DNA of 64,000 nucleotides from Eledone cirrhosa (GCA_964016885.1 OZ024746.1:45570001-45634000); one strand, 5' to 3'. Shown: positions 41,140 through 54,264, counted from the stretch's first letter. The notes: generated from the sequence alone by a model not told the origin. Translations and numbers: made by a program.

Positions 41140-42080
41140 CTGAGATGTGTATGTGTGAGTGTGTGTCTACCTATCTGTATGTGTATTTATGTGTATAAAG
41201 ATGTATTGAGATAAGTGCAAGCAATGGTGTGATGTATGTGTGTGTGTGTATGCAATATCATGACAGTCAGTGCAAAAGTGTATGCATTTGATTTGTGTGT
41301 GTGTGTGTATACATACACCTGTGTATGTGGAGATATTGATGTAAGTGCATATGAATGTAATGTGTTTGTAAAAAATATCATGCTACTGTGTGATTGAATG
41401 TGTGTATGCATGTGTGTGTATATGAGCATCAGTGTCTATGTAAGTATCTGTGTATGTGTAGACATATTGATATAAGAGCAAACTTGTGTGTGTATGTGTA
41501 TATATATACTGGCATGTAAATAGTTGTGTGTATTCATATCTGTCTGCATATGAATGTGTGATACTATGTATGTATATGTGTGGTTTTGTGTATATATATA
41601 TATATATATATATGTGTGTGGTTCTCTGTATGCACAAATGTAGTTCTCTGTATGTACATGTGTGTTTATGTGTATGTGTATGTGTGTTTCTGTGTAAATG
41701 TGTGGTTCTGTGTGTGTACATATGTGTTTCTCTGTCTATGCATGTGTGTTTCTGTGTGCATGTGGGTTTCTGTGTGTGTGTGTCCATGTGTGGTCCTGTG
41801 TGCGTACATGTGTGTGCATGTGTGGTTCTGTGTGTGTACCCGTGTGGTTCTATGTGTACATGTGGTTACATGCGTATTTCTGTATGTATACATGTGTGTT
41901 TCTATGTGTGGTTCTGCGTATGTACATTTGTGGTGCTGTGTGTTGCTGATATGTACATATGTTGTTCTATGTGTGTGTATATGTGTGATGCTGTATATGT
42001 ACATATGTGTTTGTGTGCATGTGTGTTTCTGTGTGTGTACAGGTGCGGTTATGTGTGTACATCTGATGTTCTGTATGTGT
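41140..42080. repeat. Degenerate (TG/TA)-rich satellite with a recurring tgtggttctg motif
   Basis: Explains the Cys/Val/Tyr-rich ORFs at 41187-42227. Confidence 0.9.
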
Positions 42081-43762
42081 AAGTTTATGTTTTCCTTTAT
42101 TTATTTCAGAGAAATCTGGAGTTTTTACAATGCTGAAATAAGAAGACATATTAATGGAAGGATAATAGCCCGTTAGATCTAGGGGTGCTGTATTCTCTTT
42201 ATTTCTTTTCAACTTTCTGTCTTTCACTCTTCAACTTTCTGTCTTTCACTCTTCTATGCCTTTGTCTAGCTGTGATATGATGTTGGCACTTTCAACGTAT
42301 GGTTGCACTATTTCTATAGTTAAATATAATTCATGACAAAAGACTGTTGAATAACGTTGGATATGGCTTTATAACCAAAAAATAAACAAGTAAATAGATA
42401 AATGAATACATGAATAAATAAATGAACAAACTTATTATTTGATGTCATCAAAACAGACTGGTTATCAATGTTTATAATGTGGTTGTTCTGGTGCCACAAC
42501 AAAAAGCACCCAGTGCATTGTGTAAAATGGCAGTGCAGGTGCCATGATAAAAGCTCTTCGTATTCACAGTTAAGTACTTGACATTAGGAAAGGTATCCAG
42601 TTCTAGAAAACCAAGCCCCAAATGGAGCATATGGGCAAGATATGGTTATTTGGCTTGTCTAGCCTCATAATGTAACAGTCTTTTGAACCAATGCAAGCAC
42701 AGTAAATAGATGTTAAACAGTGATGATGGCGTACATATGTAATAATGTATGTATGTATGTAGGTAGGTATATCTAATAACATGTAAGGTTGGAATGTTAG
42801 CAACTATAATGACAAAACACTTAGTCTTCTTTCTCTTCTTGTTTGCCCACTTTTCCTGACAGGGTCCTTAAGGCAGAGCTCATTAGCATGCCTTCCAATG
42901 GGTCCTTTCAGAAGCAACTGTCTGAAATAAGATAACTTTTATAAATCCTGTATGATGAAAAACAAAAACTGTCAAAAGGCAAATTTCAACCACCATCTGA
43001 CAGTGCATATATATTTATGTGCAGATATATGAATATTTTCATGTGTATGTAAATTAACATGAGAGGATACTCATACTTGAAACCTGCAATGTTTGTAATA
43101 GCAGGTCATTGTGCTTGTTTCTTTTATATTTGCTACTTCAAATATTTAAAGAGAAGCATTTGGGCTACTCACAAATTTAACATTATAAAATTTGATGTGT
43201 TTGTTTTGCAGCCCATTTCAATTTCTATTTTACCAGTGCATAGCAAGATATGTGATATTTTTTAACCACAAACATTCAGCAATCATTTCAGTGTAGTAGT
43301 TGGGGTGTCTCGTGTATCTGCAACAATGAAATAACACCACTTTCATTGCTTTCTCACTTGTGACAATATACAGAATGTGTATAAGTAGGATTCACTAGTC
43401 CCACATATGGCTATGTTCAGTGATGTGATTTTCAGGTATGGGAGGTTGAGTCATTGTCTTGACATGCTGTCATGTATTTATCATTATAAGACCCCCATGA
43501 AAGAAGGTGGTCATACTCGATAGAGAATTGACAGCCCCATCATCATCGTTTAACATCCATCATCCACGCTAGTATGGGTTAGACAGGTTTGTCCCATTCA
43601 TCTACACACACATATAGATAGATAGATACCGAGTTAAATCAGGAATAACCACAGAAAATAAGGTACTCAATACATTAGTAGAGTGTAAATATCATTATTC
43701 CTGATGATTGCATAAAAATTAAAATGTTCTAGTCCTGTAAAAGCTATTACTATATTATATAA

Positions 43763-43801
<39 letters not shown>

Positions 43802-43808
<7 letters not shown>

Positions 43809-44197
43809 GTTTGAATTTGTAAAGCCAAAACAATGCAGGTATGGACATAGAATAACAAATGCAAATCCAAAAGATATTGTTGACAATTAGTCTTTTACCC
43901 TAGATTTATTTAAATGTCCTTAATTTTCGAGATAATACCTCTTCTTCAGAGGGAAGTAAAGCGGTTAAACCAGTGTTCTAAACACTGGTTTAACCGCTTT
44001 ACTTCCCTCCGAAGAAGAGATATTATCTCGAAAATTAAGGACATTTAAATAAATCTAAGGTAAAAGACTAATTGTCAACAATATCTTTTGGATTTGCATT
44101 TGTTATTCTATGTCCATACCTGCATTGTTTTGGCTTTACAAATTCAAACGTTTATACCTCATTACACAATGCTTCAAGTGAACTATAACTTCCTCCT
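43802..44197. mobile_element. TA-flanked fold-back element (176-bp arms, 3-nt loop) with a hammerhead-like motif in each arm
   Basis: 43802-43977 is the reverse complement of 43981-44156 with about 4 mismatches; unpaired 40-bp tail; CTGAAGA..GAAA motif. Confidence 0.8.
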
Positions 44198-44720
44198 ATA
44201 TATATATATATATATGAAAGAGTCAGGACTCTGATGACTAAGCTTTTGCCATGTCAACAGCTAGTTCCAGAATAAATTGCAGATTTTTGGTGTTGGAAAA
44301 CAAACTGTTTCATCAGGAGATTCTAATGTCCAAATATGGGCATACACTCTTTACCCAATTGTGAAAAGTCTTTACAAACATATCTGGTTTGTTGGGGGAG
44401 TGGTAGCTGAGCTGATAGTCAATGCAATCTATCTAGTGGTGGTGCCATAATAAAATGCACTGTACACACTGCTAAGTTGGTATTATGAAGCACATTCAGC
44501 CATAAAAGCCAAGCCAAAATTTAAAATATATGTGCAAGGCATTATTCCCAAACCTACCTAGGAATACTGTAGCTTCAATTAAATACTGATTAGTTGTGTA
44601 ACAACTTGTCCAACCCAGCATGGAAACACAGACCTAAAATGATGATGATAATACTGTGCTAAAATCAATGTACATAAAATAATATTAATTTTACTAAGTA
44701 TATATAAATTATTACCTTAC

Positions 44721-44789
44721 TATGTTAGCCTTCCAAATAAATTTTAACATTCTTGTTGTTTGTTCTCCTTTTTTAGTTCTTTCTACAAA
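44721..44789 (-). other. Candidate exon
   Basis: Acceptor ttttaTAG, donor GTAAG (alternative GTAAT 5 nt further); open frame FVERTKKGEQTTRMLKFIWKANI. Confidence 0.3.
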
Positions 44790-44894
44790 CTATAAAATGA
44801 GTGAACCATTACTTGCAACCATAATTCACAAGTACTTGATGTGATTAGTGGTCTTTACTATATATCCTTCTATAATTAATTAGATGGATTGGTA

Positions 44895-45720
44895 TAATTT
44901 ATATTCATCATTTCTGTTCTTAAGCAGTTAATAATGAAACCAGCTTTAATTCACTCTATTATTAATCCATCCAATATTAGTTACATTCCTTCTGTAATCA
45001 TTACTAGGTCATCAACATTATCTATATTGGCTATTTGTCCATCATGTTCCACAACCTTTTCCATGCAAAACCTTCTTCATCAAATAGATAATTACCAACA
45101 GAAAAAATAGTAGGGGCATTAGGCCTTCCAGGCTCACTGAGTGTTCCATCCACCATACTCTGACACAAGATTCTTTCAGGCTTGTTTAAAAATATGTCAA
45201 TATATTTTGGAGGTATACCACATCTTTTCATTTTTTTGGCAATGCTTAAGAATCAAGGATACATAAAGATTAAATACATCCTAATTTCATTTGCCTATTG
45301 TATATGCCTAAGTGTAAAGATTTGGTCATCATAGCCTTTCACCCGACTGAAACATTTTAGCCTTTTCCTCAGAAATTTGTCAACAAAATGGAACTGAGTT
45401 CAATTTGGCTTAAAATTACTACGCAGAACACCTTCATAACCATAAATGACAGAATAATACCATTTCTGTTTCCAAATACTTGATGTCCTCTTCTTAAGTA
45501 TTATAATTATAATACCTATCTTATCTTGTGGGAATTTCATGTGTTCTCCGGATATAATGAAGCAGCCTAATGTGCATAATTGGCTATGATAATGTCAGTT
45601 TTATTATGTTTTATAATTCTTTAAATGCTTTATAGACTTTGACTTCTGCTAGTGTCAGTTCATCTTCCTCATGGCTAAATCCCATTCATCTTGGGGAATA
45701 TTTTCTTTGTTAAGTGGAGT
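44895..45720 (-). mobile_element. Decayed LINE RT fragment (second RTE-like family)
   Basis: Minus-strand remnants DQIFTLRHI, KRCGIPPKYIDI, APTIFS, VDDLVMI, GFIIN. Confidence 0.65.
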
Positions 45721-45905
45721 TTGTCCTGTTTAATACTGCTTCAAATAGTTCTTATAATCTATTCTTTATTTCTATATCTTTGATCAGCTGGTTCTTCTAT
45801 GTAATGCTGAAAATAACAACCCAACCAGGAACTGGAGACATCAGAGTATTGACGAAGTTAAACACCTCAACAACATGTGGACTCGTCTCTACCACACTAA
45901 TTCGG

Positions 45906-45960
45906 ATTGCCTGAAGAGGTCACAGCCAAAGATGGCTGACACCGAAATATATATAGCAGT
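45906..45960 (+). ncRNA. Minimal type I hammerhead ribozyme
   Basis: attgc-CTGAAGA-ggt..cagcca aaga tggctg..acc-GAAA-t atat a-TA-gcagt, then AATAAA. Confidence 0.72.
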
Positions 45961-47869
45961 AATAAATGAAGCCAAATTTTAAATATTTGACTTATTTATT
46001 TTATTTTACATTACTCTGGAGTATCCAAACCAACCTGCGCACTTCGTCGAGTGCTCCAATCTGCATACTGAGGTGTCGGTAAACAACCAACATATACTCA
46101 AAATATATATATATAAACAACAACGTTAAACCATGATGATGATCATCATCATCATTATTTTCTATCCACTTTCCATGTTGGCATGGGTAGAACTTGTTGC
46201 AACAGTTCAAGTTAGTTCTTATTTGGTGGTTCTAATCTTGGTGTATTGGTGGGCCATATCACTCTTGTATATTTCAAATTGTGACATCATTTCTACAGTT
46301 GATTGCTCTTCCTAATCCTAGCCACCTAGGAGGAAATGCATATATGTATTAGTGGAATGTAGATTGAAAATCAGCTATACCAGAAATGTATTTAATGGGT
46401 TCCTTTCGGATAGCTAGAATTCATGTAATAAATTTATTGTTTTCCAAATCATTTATAGCATTACTGTATCTAATGCACCATACTGCAGGTACATGATTGT
46501 AGGAATACAAATATTAGCATTGAAAGATTTGAAAATATAAGCACTGGGCATTTAGTTCAAGTTACAGAAAATATCAATATACAATAGGAAGTGTATAGAT
46601 CAGCATTTAATCCTAACTGAAAGAATAGGAGATAAATCGAATATTAAAGATAGAAAGCATGAGAAAAAAGGACAAAGAATGAGAGAGAGAGAAAGAAGCA
46701 GGAACATCAAAGGAATATGTTATAATAGTAAGAAAAGTTGAAGGGTGAGCGGAAGTGATAATGGCAAAATGAATATTGTACCTGTGAGTTAGCTTTTCTG
46801 TGGCATTATTGATGTCTTTCATCTTTCTGGGTTTGATAAGATAATTAACAGTTAAGTATTGGTTGATATAATCGACTATTCTATCCTACCAAAATTTCTG
46901 GCTGTGTGACTATGTAAATAGTAACACAAATGCAATTTTAAGTTAAAGAGAAACAAAGCATACAGATTAGTATTTAAAAAGAAATTGGAAAAATAAGAGA
47001 TAGAGTGGGAGAGGTAGAAAGTGAGGGAGAAAAGAAAGTCGACGAATGAAAGAGAGAGGAAGAGATGGATGATTGGATGTATGTGGTGGCAATAATATTA
47101 GAGTATGAACGCAAGGGGTGGATTAGTAAAACGCATTAATTTAGCACTGTGGTGGCAGCAGAGAAGTAGGTGATACCGACTTGCAAAAGAAAAGATGTGA
47201 TGGTTAACAAAAGAATGATCGGGAGGAGATTAATGTGTGAAGAATTGCTTGAAAGATTGCAGAAGATGGAAATTACAGGCATAAAAATATTTAGAAGTAT
47301 ATAATAGATTACAGTGTTGTTGTTTTTTTTTGGGGGGGGGGGGTATACTTAATATAATTGAAGAAAATAAAAAAATAGTTATCCAGGGTTTTAACAAAAA
47401 AAATATTAAATTAGCATTTAAACCAACCATATCCAACCAGAATTCTCTCACCTCTTTCTGTTCAAACTGGCCATAACTAGCCACTCATACTTATGTTAAG
47501 GTCTTGTTCTCAAAACAATTAATATCAAAATCTCATAGATTCAATATTATGTGAGATAAAGTCTTTACTGTGAAAATATAAAAGTAAATATAGAGTAATA
47601 TAAATGCTAAAGGGTTAATGCTCCACTCAAAGATTAAGATATACTTTGTCCTCATATAATAAGATAAATTTGACCAAAGCAACACTCTAACTTATTTAAA
47701 AAGAAAGGATTAAATAATATACAACCATCACCAACTAAAATAAAAATGATAATAACAATGTTCTTGAGAGTTAATGAAGATATGGTTTGAATCTGTGATC
47801 AACATAACATCAGCAAGTTACTCTACACAATTGAAGTAAATAGCATGTGGCTTTTGTATTTGTTATATG

Positions 47870-48253
47870 TATGGCTTAGTGGTTAGAGCATTGGGCTTGC
47901 GATCGAAATGTTGTGAGTTCAATTCTCAGACCGGGTGATGTGTTGTTTCCTTGAGCAAGACACTTTATTTCACATTGCTCCAGTTTACTCAGCTGTAGAA
48001 ATGAGATGATAGGACTGGGGTCTCTATGATTCCACTGCAAAGTGGTCGTGGAGGTGCCACAGCAAAAAAGCACCCAGCACTCACTGTAAATGAGGTTAGT
48101 GTTAGGAAGGGCATCCAGCTGTAGAAATCAAGCCAGAATCAGTTCCCGTATGAGCAAAACAAGGTCAACTGACTGGACACTGCCCACAACAGGACAACTT
48201 GTTTAACCCATGTTAGCGTGGAAGAACGGACGTAAAACGGTGATGATGATGAT
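47870..48253 (+). mobile_element. SINE family B with the longer RTE-type tail
   Basis: tRNA head; tail matches 49403-49600 including the acaggacaac..ccatg.tagcgtggaagaacggacg segment. Confidence 0.88.
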
Positions 48254-49168
48254 ATATTAATAGAAAATTCAATAAAATGAGAGTACAATGTGATAAGACT
48301 GAGACACTGAGACAAGACATTTGACTAAAACAAAATCCTTTCTATACCCCCATTCACAGCCCTACATTCGATGATTTTCTGATACAAATATTAGAAAAAG
48401 AGACAGTTAACCAGTTATTTTAATCAGACTATTTGAAATAATGTTTAAAATAAAAGTTTTTATATGTTCACATAATAATGATAAAGTTTATCGCAGTGGA
48501 AGTCAAACTCTTAACTTAAATGTATGTGTGCATGTAACTAGATTGTAACAGAATAACAAGAAGAAATATGAAAGCCATTATGGGGATAAAACCAATGTTA
48601 TTTGTGTTATTAGCACAATGGTATAATCACTGGAACTAATCAGCCATGCATTGTTTGACTTTAGAAATTAAGGGGTATATCTGATACACACTGAGGCAAA
48701 CATTTAAAAATGTCACCCTGTGGAGTGGTCGGGTTGGTGACACAACAAAGAGCACACAGTCCACACCGTAGAATGGTAGTTTTGGTGCCATAATAAAAAG
48801 CAGTCAATCTACACTGTAATTGTAGTTGGCATTAGGAAAGGCATCCAATGGTAGAAACAAAACCAGAAACACTTCTGTATGAGGAAGACATAGTAATCTG
48901 ATCTGCTCTGTCTCACAATGAGAGAACTTGTCTAATGCATGCTGGAGTGGGAATATGGGCATTAAACAGTGATGATGTTGATGATGATATATATGTAACA
49001 GACTTCTACACTGTTTCTATCTTCCAGATTTCACTGTCAATGTTTGTCTGGTTGTCAAATGAACTTCTTAACCATACTGTCATGCCTGTTCTTATAAATA
49101 CTTAGGCACACGCATGCATGCTTGCGCATGCACACGCACACACACATATTAGTGGTAACACGAATATA

Positions 49169-49358
49169 TAATTGTTTCTACATTTGGCACAAGGCCAGCA
49201 ATTACCCAGTACATTACTGGTACTTTATTTTATCGACCCTGTAAGGATGAAAAGGAAAAGTTAACCACGGCGGGATTTGAATTCAGTTCGTAAAGGGACG
49301 TAACTGTGCTGCAAAGCATGGCATCTGACCCACTACCGATACTGCCAATCCACCACCA
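49169..49358 (-). mobile_element. SINE family A
   Basis: Matches family A. Confidence 0.8.
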
Positions 49359-49402
49359 TTACGCACTAATATATAATGATTCATAATATGACAGCATATA
49401 CT

Positions 49403-52400
49403 ATCATCATCATCATCATCATCACCGTTTTACGTCCGTTCTTCCACGCTAGCATGGGTTAGACGGGTTGTCCTGTTGTGGGCAGTGTCTGGTCGGCTGA
49501 CCATGCCTTGCTCATACAGGAACTGATTTGGCTTGATTTCTACAGCTGGATGCCCTTCTTAACACCAACCTCATTTACAGTGAGTGCTGGGTGCTTTTTC
49601 GTGGTACCTACACATCCACTTTACAGTGTGGGCTGGGTGCTTTTTTGTCGTGGCACCTCCACGACCACCTTGCAGTGGGAGGGTGTGGGGGCATATTGTC
49701 TATATGCTTCAGCTTGTACCCATGGGAGGTCGGGTACTCTGTATTACTGCGTGATGCCAGAGGTCACGATCGTGTGTCATCGCCTTTGAGAGGTGTAATT
49801 GGGTAAGGTCGGCTTTTATCACCTCATCCCAGGTCATCTTGGGTTTCCCCACTCCGCAGTTTCCATCGACTTCTAGTGCTCTGTACCTTTTTATGCAGCT
49901 GTCATCCTTCATATGCATCACATGTCCATACCAACGCAACCACCTCTCCTGCACACAGCATTTGATTCCTCTTATTCTCAGTCTCTCTCTCAATTCATTT
50001 ATGCTTTGTCGTTCGCGTATATTACTATTACACATCCATCGGAGCATGCAGGCTTCGTTTCTCTCTAATCTACGTAAGTCTTCCAGATTCAGCACCCAGG
50101 TCTCACTATCATGCAACATCTCTGTTCGGATACACGCATCATACAGTCTGCCTTTCATTTTAAGGGAGAAGCCTTTTGCAGCTAGCAGTTGTAATAGTTC
50201 CTTGAACTTCTTCCATCCCGTTCTTACCCTAGTTATTGTACTTTCTGAACACCCACCTCTGCTGCTAATTCGGTCACCTAGGTAGCAGAAGCTGTCTACT
50301 GTTTCTACAGAGCCCTCCCAGAGATTGGTGGTACTTGTTTCCTGTGGCTGTTTGCTGATTGCTGTCCCAGCACAGCTGCTGCATGTGAAGCCTACATTCT
50401 TAATTAAGCTTCCTGAGATCCCACTACATCTCTTGTGTACCCATTGTTTGCATTTGGGGCAGAGAATGGAGTTCCTACCTACACCTTTCCTGCATACTGA
50501 GGCCATTTCCCTGAGGGGATCTGGGTTCTGTTTTCTCATCTACTTACAAGAACCTTAGTCTTTGTTATGTTGACTTTGAGACCCTTTCTTTCTAGTCCCT
50601 GCTTCCAAGTTTGGAATTTCTTCTTTAGTTCTACCATAGATTCAGCTATAAGTGCGAGGTCATCAGCATACAGGAGTTCCCATGGGCATCCGGTCTTAAA
50701 CTCCTCCGTTATTGCCTGCAGGACTATGATGAACAGGAGGGGGCTAAGAACAGAGCCCTGGTGGACCCCAACCTGTACGCTAAATTCCACGCTATAGTCA
50801 TTGCTAATCCTAATTTTTCTGACTGCTCCCCTATACATGGCTTGTACTGCTTTCACAAGCCATTCATCTACTCCTAGTTTTCTAAGAGCCCACCAGATTA
50901 CAGCACGTGGAACTCTGTCAAAGACTTTCTCAAGGTCGACAAATGCCAGGTAGAGTGGCTTACTTTTAACTAGGTACTTTTTCTGTAACTGCCTGACAAG
51001 GAAGAGGGCATCAGTGGTGCCTCTTCCTGGTACAAACCGAAATTGCATCTCATCTAGTTTCACCCGGTCCCTAATCAACTGTGCTATAATTCTTTCATGA
51101 CCTGGTCCATCAGCTTTATACCTCTATAGTTTCCTCTATCTAGTGCATCACCTTTACCTTTGTAGCAGTTGACAATGATGCTACTGCACCAATCTTTTGG
51201 TATGACACCTTCTAGTATTACCTGGTTAACAATACGTGTGGTTATAGTGTGACCTACAGACTCAGATGCCTTAAGCATCTAGGCAGCTATACCCGATGGA
51301 CCGGTTGCCTTCCCCATCTTCATATCTTTGATTACCTTATTTACTACGCTGCTGCTGACTTGTACTGCTGGCCCCTCTATAGGGTCTACTTGGGGTAGGG
51401 TCTCTTCTTCCCATGCATTCTCCTCATTTAGTAATCTATCATAATGACTCTTCCATGCATCTTTCTTCTCAGCACATGTGAGGGCAAGCTCACCTTTATC
51501 ATTCCGGATACACTTCTCTCCAATGACATCACAATTCTCTCTGACACACTGCCTCGCAATCTTGAACACTTGTTTCTGGTCCTCACGTTGCAAAACATGC
51601 TTGAATTTTCTATCCTCTGCTTCCCTCCTAGCTAAGTATATTTGTCGCCTAGCTTCCCTCTTGGTCTCTATGTAATGTACCCTGCTCCCCCCGTTCTTCC
51701 ATTCTTTCCATGCCTGTCTCTTGGCCTTAACTGCCTCATCTACCTTATTGTTCCACTACCAAGTCACTCTCCTCCTGCTTGAGGTCTTACTCCAGCCACA
51801 GACCTCATCCGTCGCCTCTAGTAAGTTATTTTTTAGGAACTCCCAGTTCTCTTCTACATTGAATGTCTCTATCTGCTCTTCTTTACTGTCATAGGCGTTG
51901 AGTAAAATATCTTTAAATCTGTTACTGGTTGAGGAGTCTTTCAGCTTCCAGATCTTTCTTCTCCAGGTTGGCCTCTGTTTCCAGGTTCGTCTAGTTCTGA
52001 CTGTGAGGTCGCTGACAACTAAGCGTACATTCCTCACTAGGGAAGGCTTTTGTGTTTACGACCATCCATCTGTCATGTCCTCTGATGAGGATAAAATCTA
52101 TCTGACTAGAGTGCTCCCCTGATCTATAGGTGATCAGGTGGTTGTCAGGTTTTTTGAAGTTTGTGTTACATATCAACATGTCATTGGCGTCACAGAATTC
52201 TAGAAGTCTGAATCCTTCCTCATTTCTTGTGCCAACCCCATGGCCTCCATGGACTCTATTGAAGCCATCGCAGTGTTTACCTATGTGTCCGTTAAAATCT
52301 CCTGCAAATATTAGGAAGTCATTGTTGTTTGTTAGAGCAGTAGTGTGCATTAGGGACTCAGAAAACCTATCCTTAAGTTCGTCTGGCAACCCCGATTGGG

Positions 52401-52770
52401 GTGCGTAAGCTGATATTATTGTGGTAATTGTTTTATTCAGGACTAGTCTGAGTTTAATGATTCTTGCATTTACCCTGTATACTGAAATTACTTTATCTAC
52501 CCACTTTTCAGCTAGTAGTATACCTACACCACCCATCCCATCGTCATTTCCCACCCAGAAAAATTTGTAGCACCGACTTTTTCCTACAAGGACTCTAGCA
52601 GACTCTCCTCTCCATCTAGTCTCTTGCACACAGCATACATCAATTTCCTTTCGCTCTAGCATTTCTACGATTTCTCCTGCTCTTCCTTTCATTGATGGTA
52701 CCAACTCGGAATTTTGGGCATTTGTCGACACTCGTAGGGAAGGGTCTCTGGATTGGCGCTTCACATGGGT
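49403..52770 (-). mobile_element. Near full-length RTE-clade LINE (APE endonuclease + RT), disrupted
   Basis: APE motifs CCVQETRW, SAYAPQ, GDFNGH, SQIDFIL; RT motifs YRGIKL, FVDLEKVFD, QGSVLSPLLF, YADD; RTE C-terminus LRWYGHV; (GAT)n tail; broken by several frameshifts and stops (about 52700, 52020, 51756, 51279, 51080, 50538). Confidence 0.95.
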
Positions 52771-52959
52771 GCTTGTATATATATGTTTGTGTATAATAAA
52801 AAACATGCCTTGCTGTTCTCACACAACTACTGAGGTAGCTATGACATGATGACACCTTAAAATATCCATAGCAAGATTTATGTATGTTAATACGAATATG
52901 CTTTCATATATGCCTCTAATACATACATGCATACACACACACACCCACATATATGTATA

Positions 52960-53003
<44 letters not shown>

Positions 53004-53376
53004 ATATATATATATTGTCTGATGGTCCTGTGAGTGTGCAGGTGTAACTCCAGAGTAACAAAACTCATAAAGTAGGTATTATAAATGAATATTTAAACTC
53101 TACTTTGGTATTGAGTACTCTTTTCTCTCATCTGTCAACTACATATGAGTATATATATATACATATATGAGTGTTTCTGAGGCTGGCTGGCCGATTGAGC
53201 AGGGTTTTTGAGAGTAGAACTAGGCAGTAACTTAACCACGACCATGCTAGTTGATACATTCACCTTCATCAATCAATCGACCCTCTGAAACGATTGTAAA
53301 ACAATGAACTAACTCTCTACCTACACTTGACTTCTGTTTCTATTGTTCAAACACATATATGTATATATATATATAC

Positions 53377-53900
53377 ACTATAAAGTAAAGTATGTCCATA
53401 GAATCATTTGATAATATATATTCATCATTTCCTCTCCCAATTAGCATAATTAACCACACAAAATATCAATTAGACCAGGCTATAAGATTAAAAGGTACCT
53501 ATGAAGAAACAGTAAATAAATAAACGACAGCAGCCTCTTCGAGGCCAACCGCTATAGAATATTTACCCAACATTTCAACAGCACGTCGAAATTAATTAAA
53601 TATACGGTCAACCATAGACAATTAGGTATAAAATTAAAGTTAGAAATGCTTATATACATACCAGGAATACGTCCCGACCTTTGGGTTTCGTTCTCATTTT
53701 GAGATATCTTATTAAGGATAAATCAATGCCTTTTAATCTTATAGCCTGGTCTAATTGATTTTTTGTGTGGTTAATTATGCTAATTGGGAGAGGAAATGAT
53801 GTATATATATTATCAAATGATTCTATGGACATACTTTACTTTATAGTATATTGCTGTGATTATTTAATTTATTAATTCTTCATTGAGCCACATCGTGAAT
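53377..53900. mobile_element. TA-flanked element with 119-bp inverted arms and a decayed hammerhead in the spacer
   Basis: 53377-53495 is the reverse complement of 53729-53847; minus strand tcc-TTAATAA..tctc..gaga..GAAA-cc caaa gg-TC-ggga at 53671-53719. Confidence 0.7.
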
Positions 53901-54264
53901 GGTTGCCAAAACACATATATATCTGTGACTTTGTTTAATTGGTGTATATGTAAATATTTATATATATATATATAACGAAGGATGTAAGGTAAGGAACCAG
54001 ATGGACCATAATGCACCAGATTGTCAGGAAATGCTGATGGAAAAAGTTGTGAAGCAAAAGCCAACTGTCATATTGTACAGATGCTTGAGCTTATGGATAA
54101 CGCCCTAAGACGCTACCATATCAGTTTGTGAATGGTGACCTGCAGCAAGCACCTGAGACCACAGATAGTTAGTCCAGAAATAGCTGTCGAAACGGCTTGA
54201 GCTCTGCCGTTGGGGTCAAACATTTTCCTATATATATATATATAAATATATATATATTTCTTTT

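Noticed and set aside
41187-42227. 198-aa Cys/Val-rich ORFs
   Set aside because: Products of a degenerate TG/TA satellite, open in several frames
49709-52806. Active autonomous LINE
   Set aside because: At least six frameshifts or stops; this copy cannot encode the full protein
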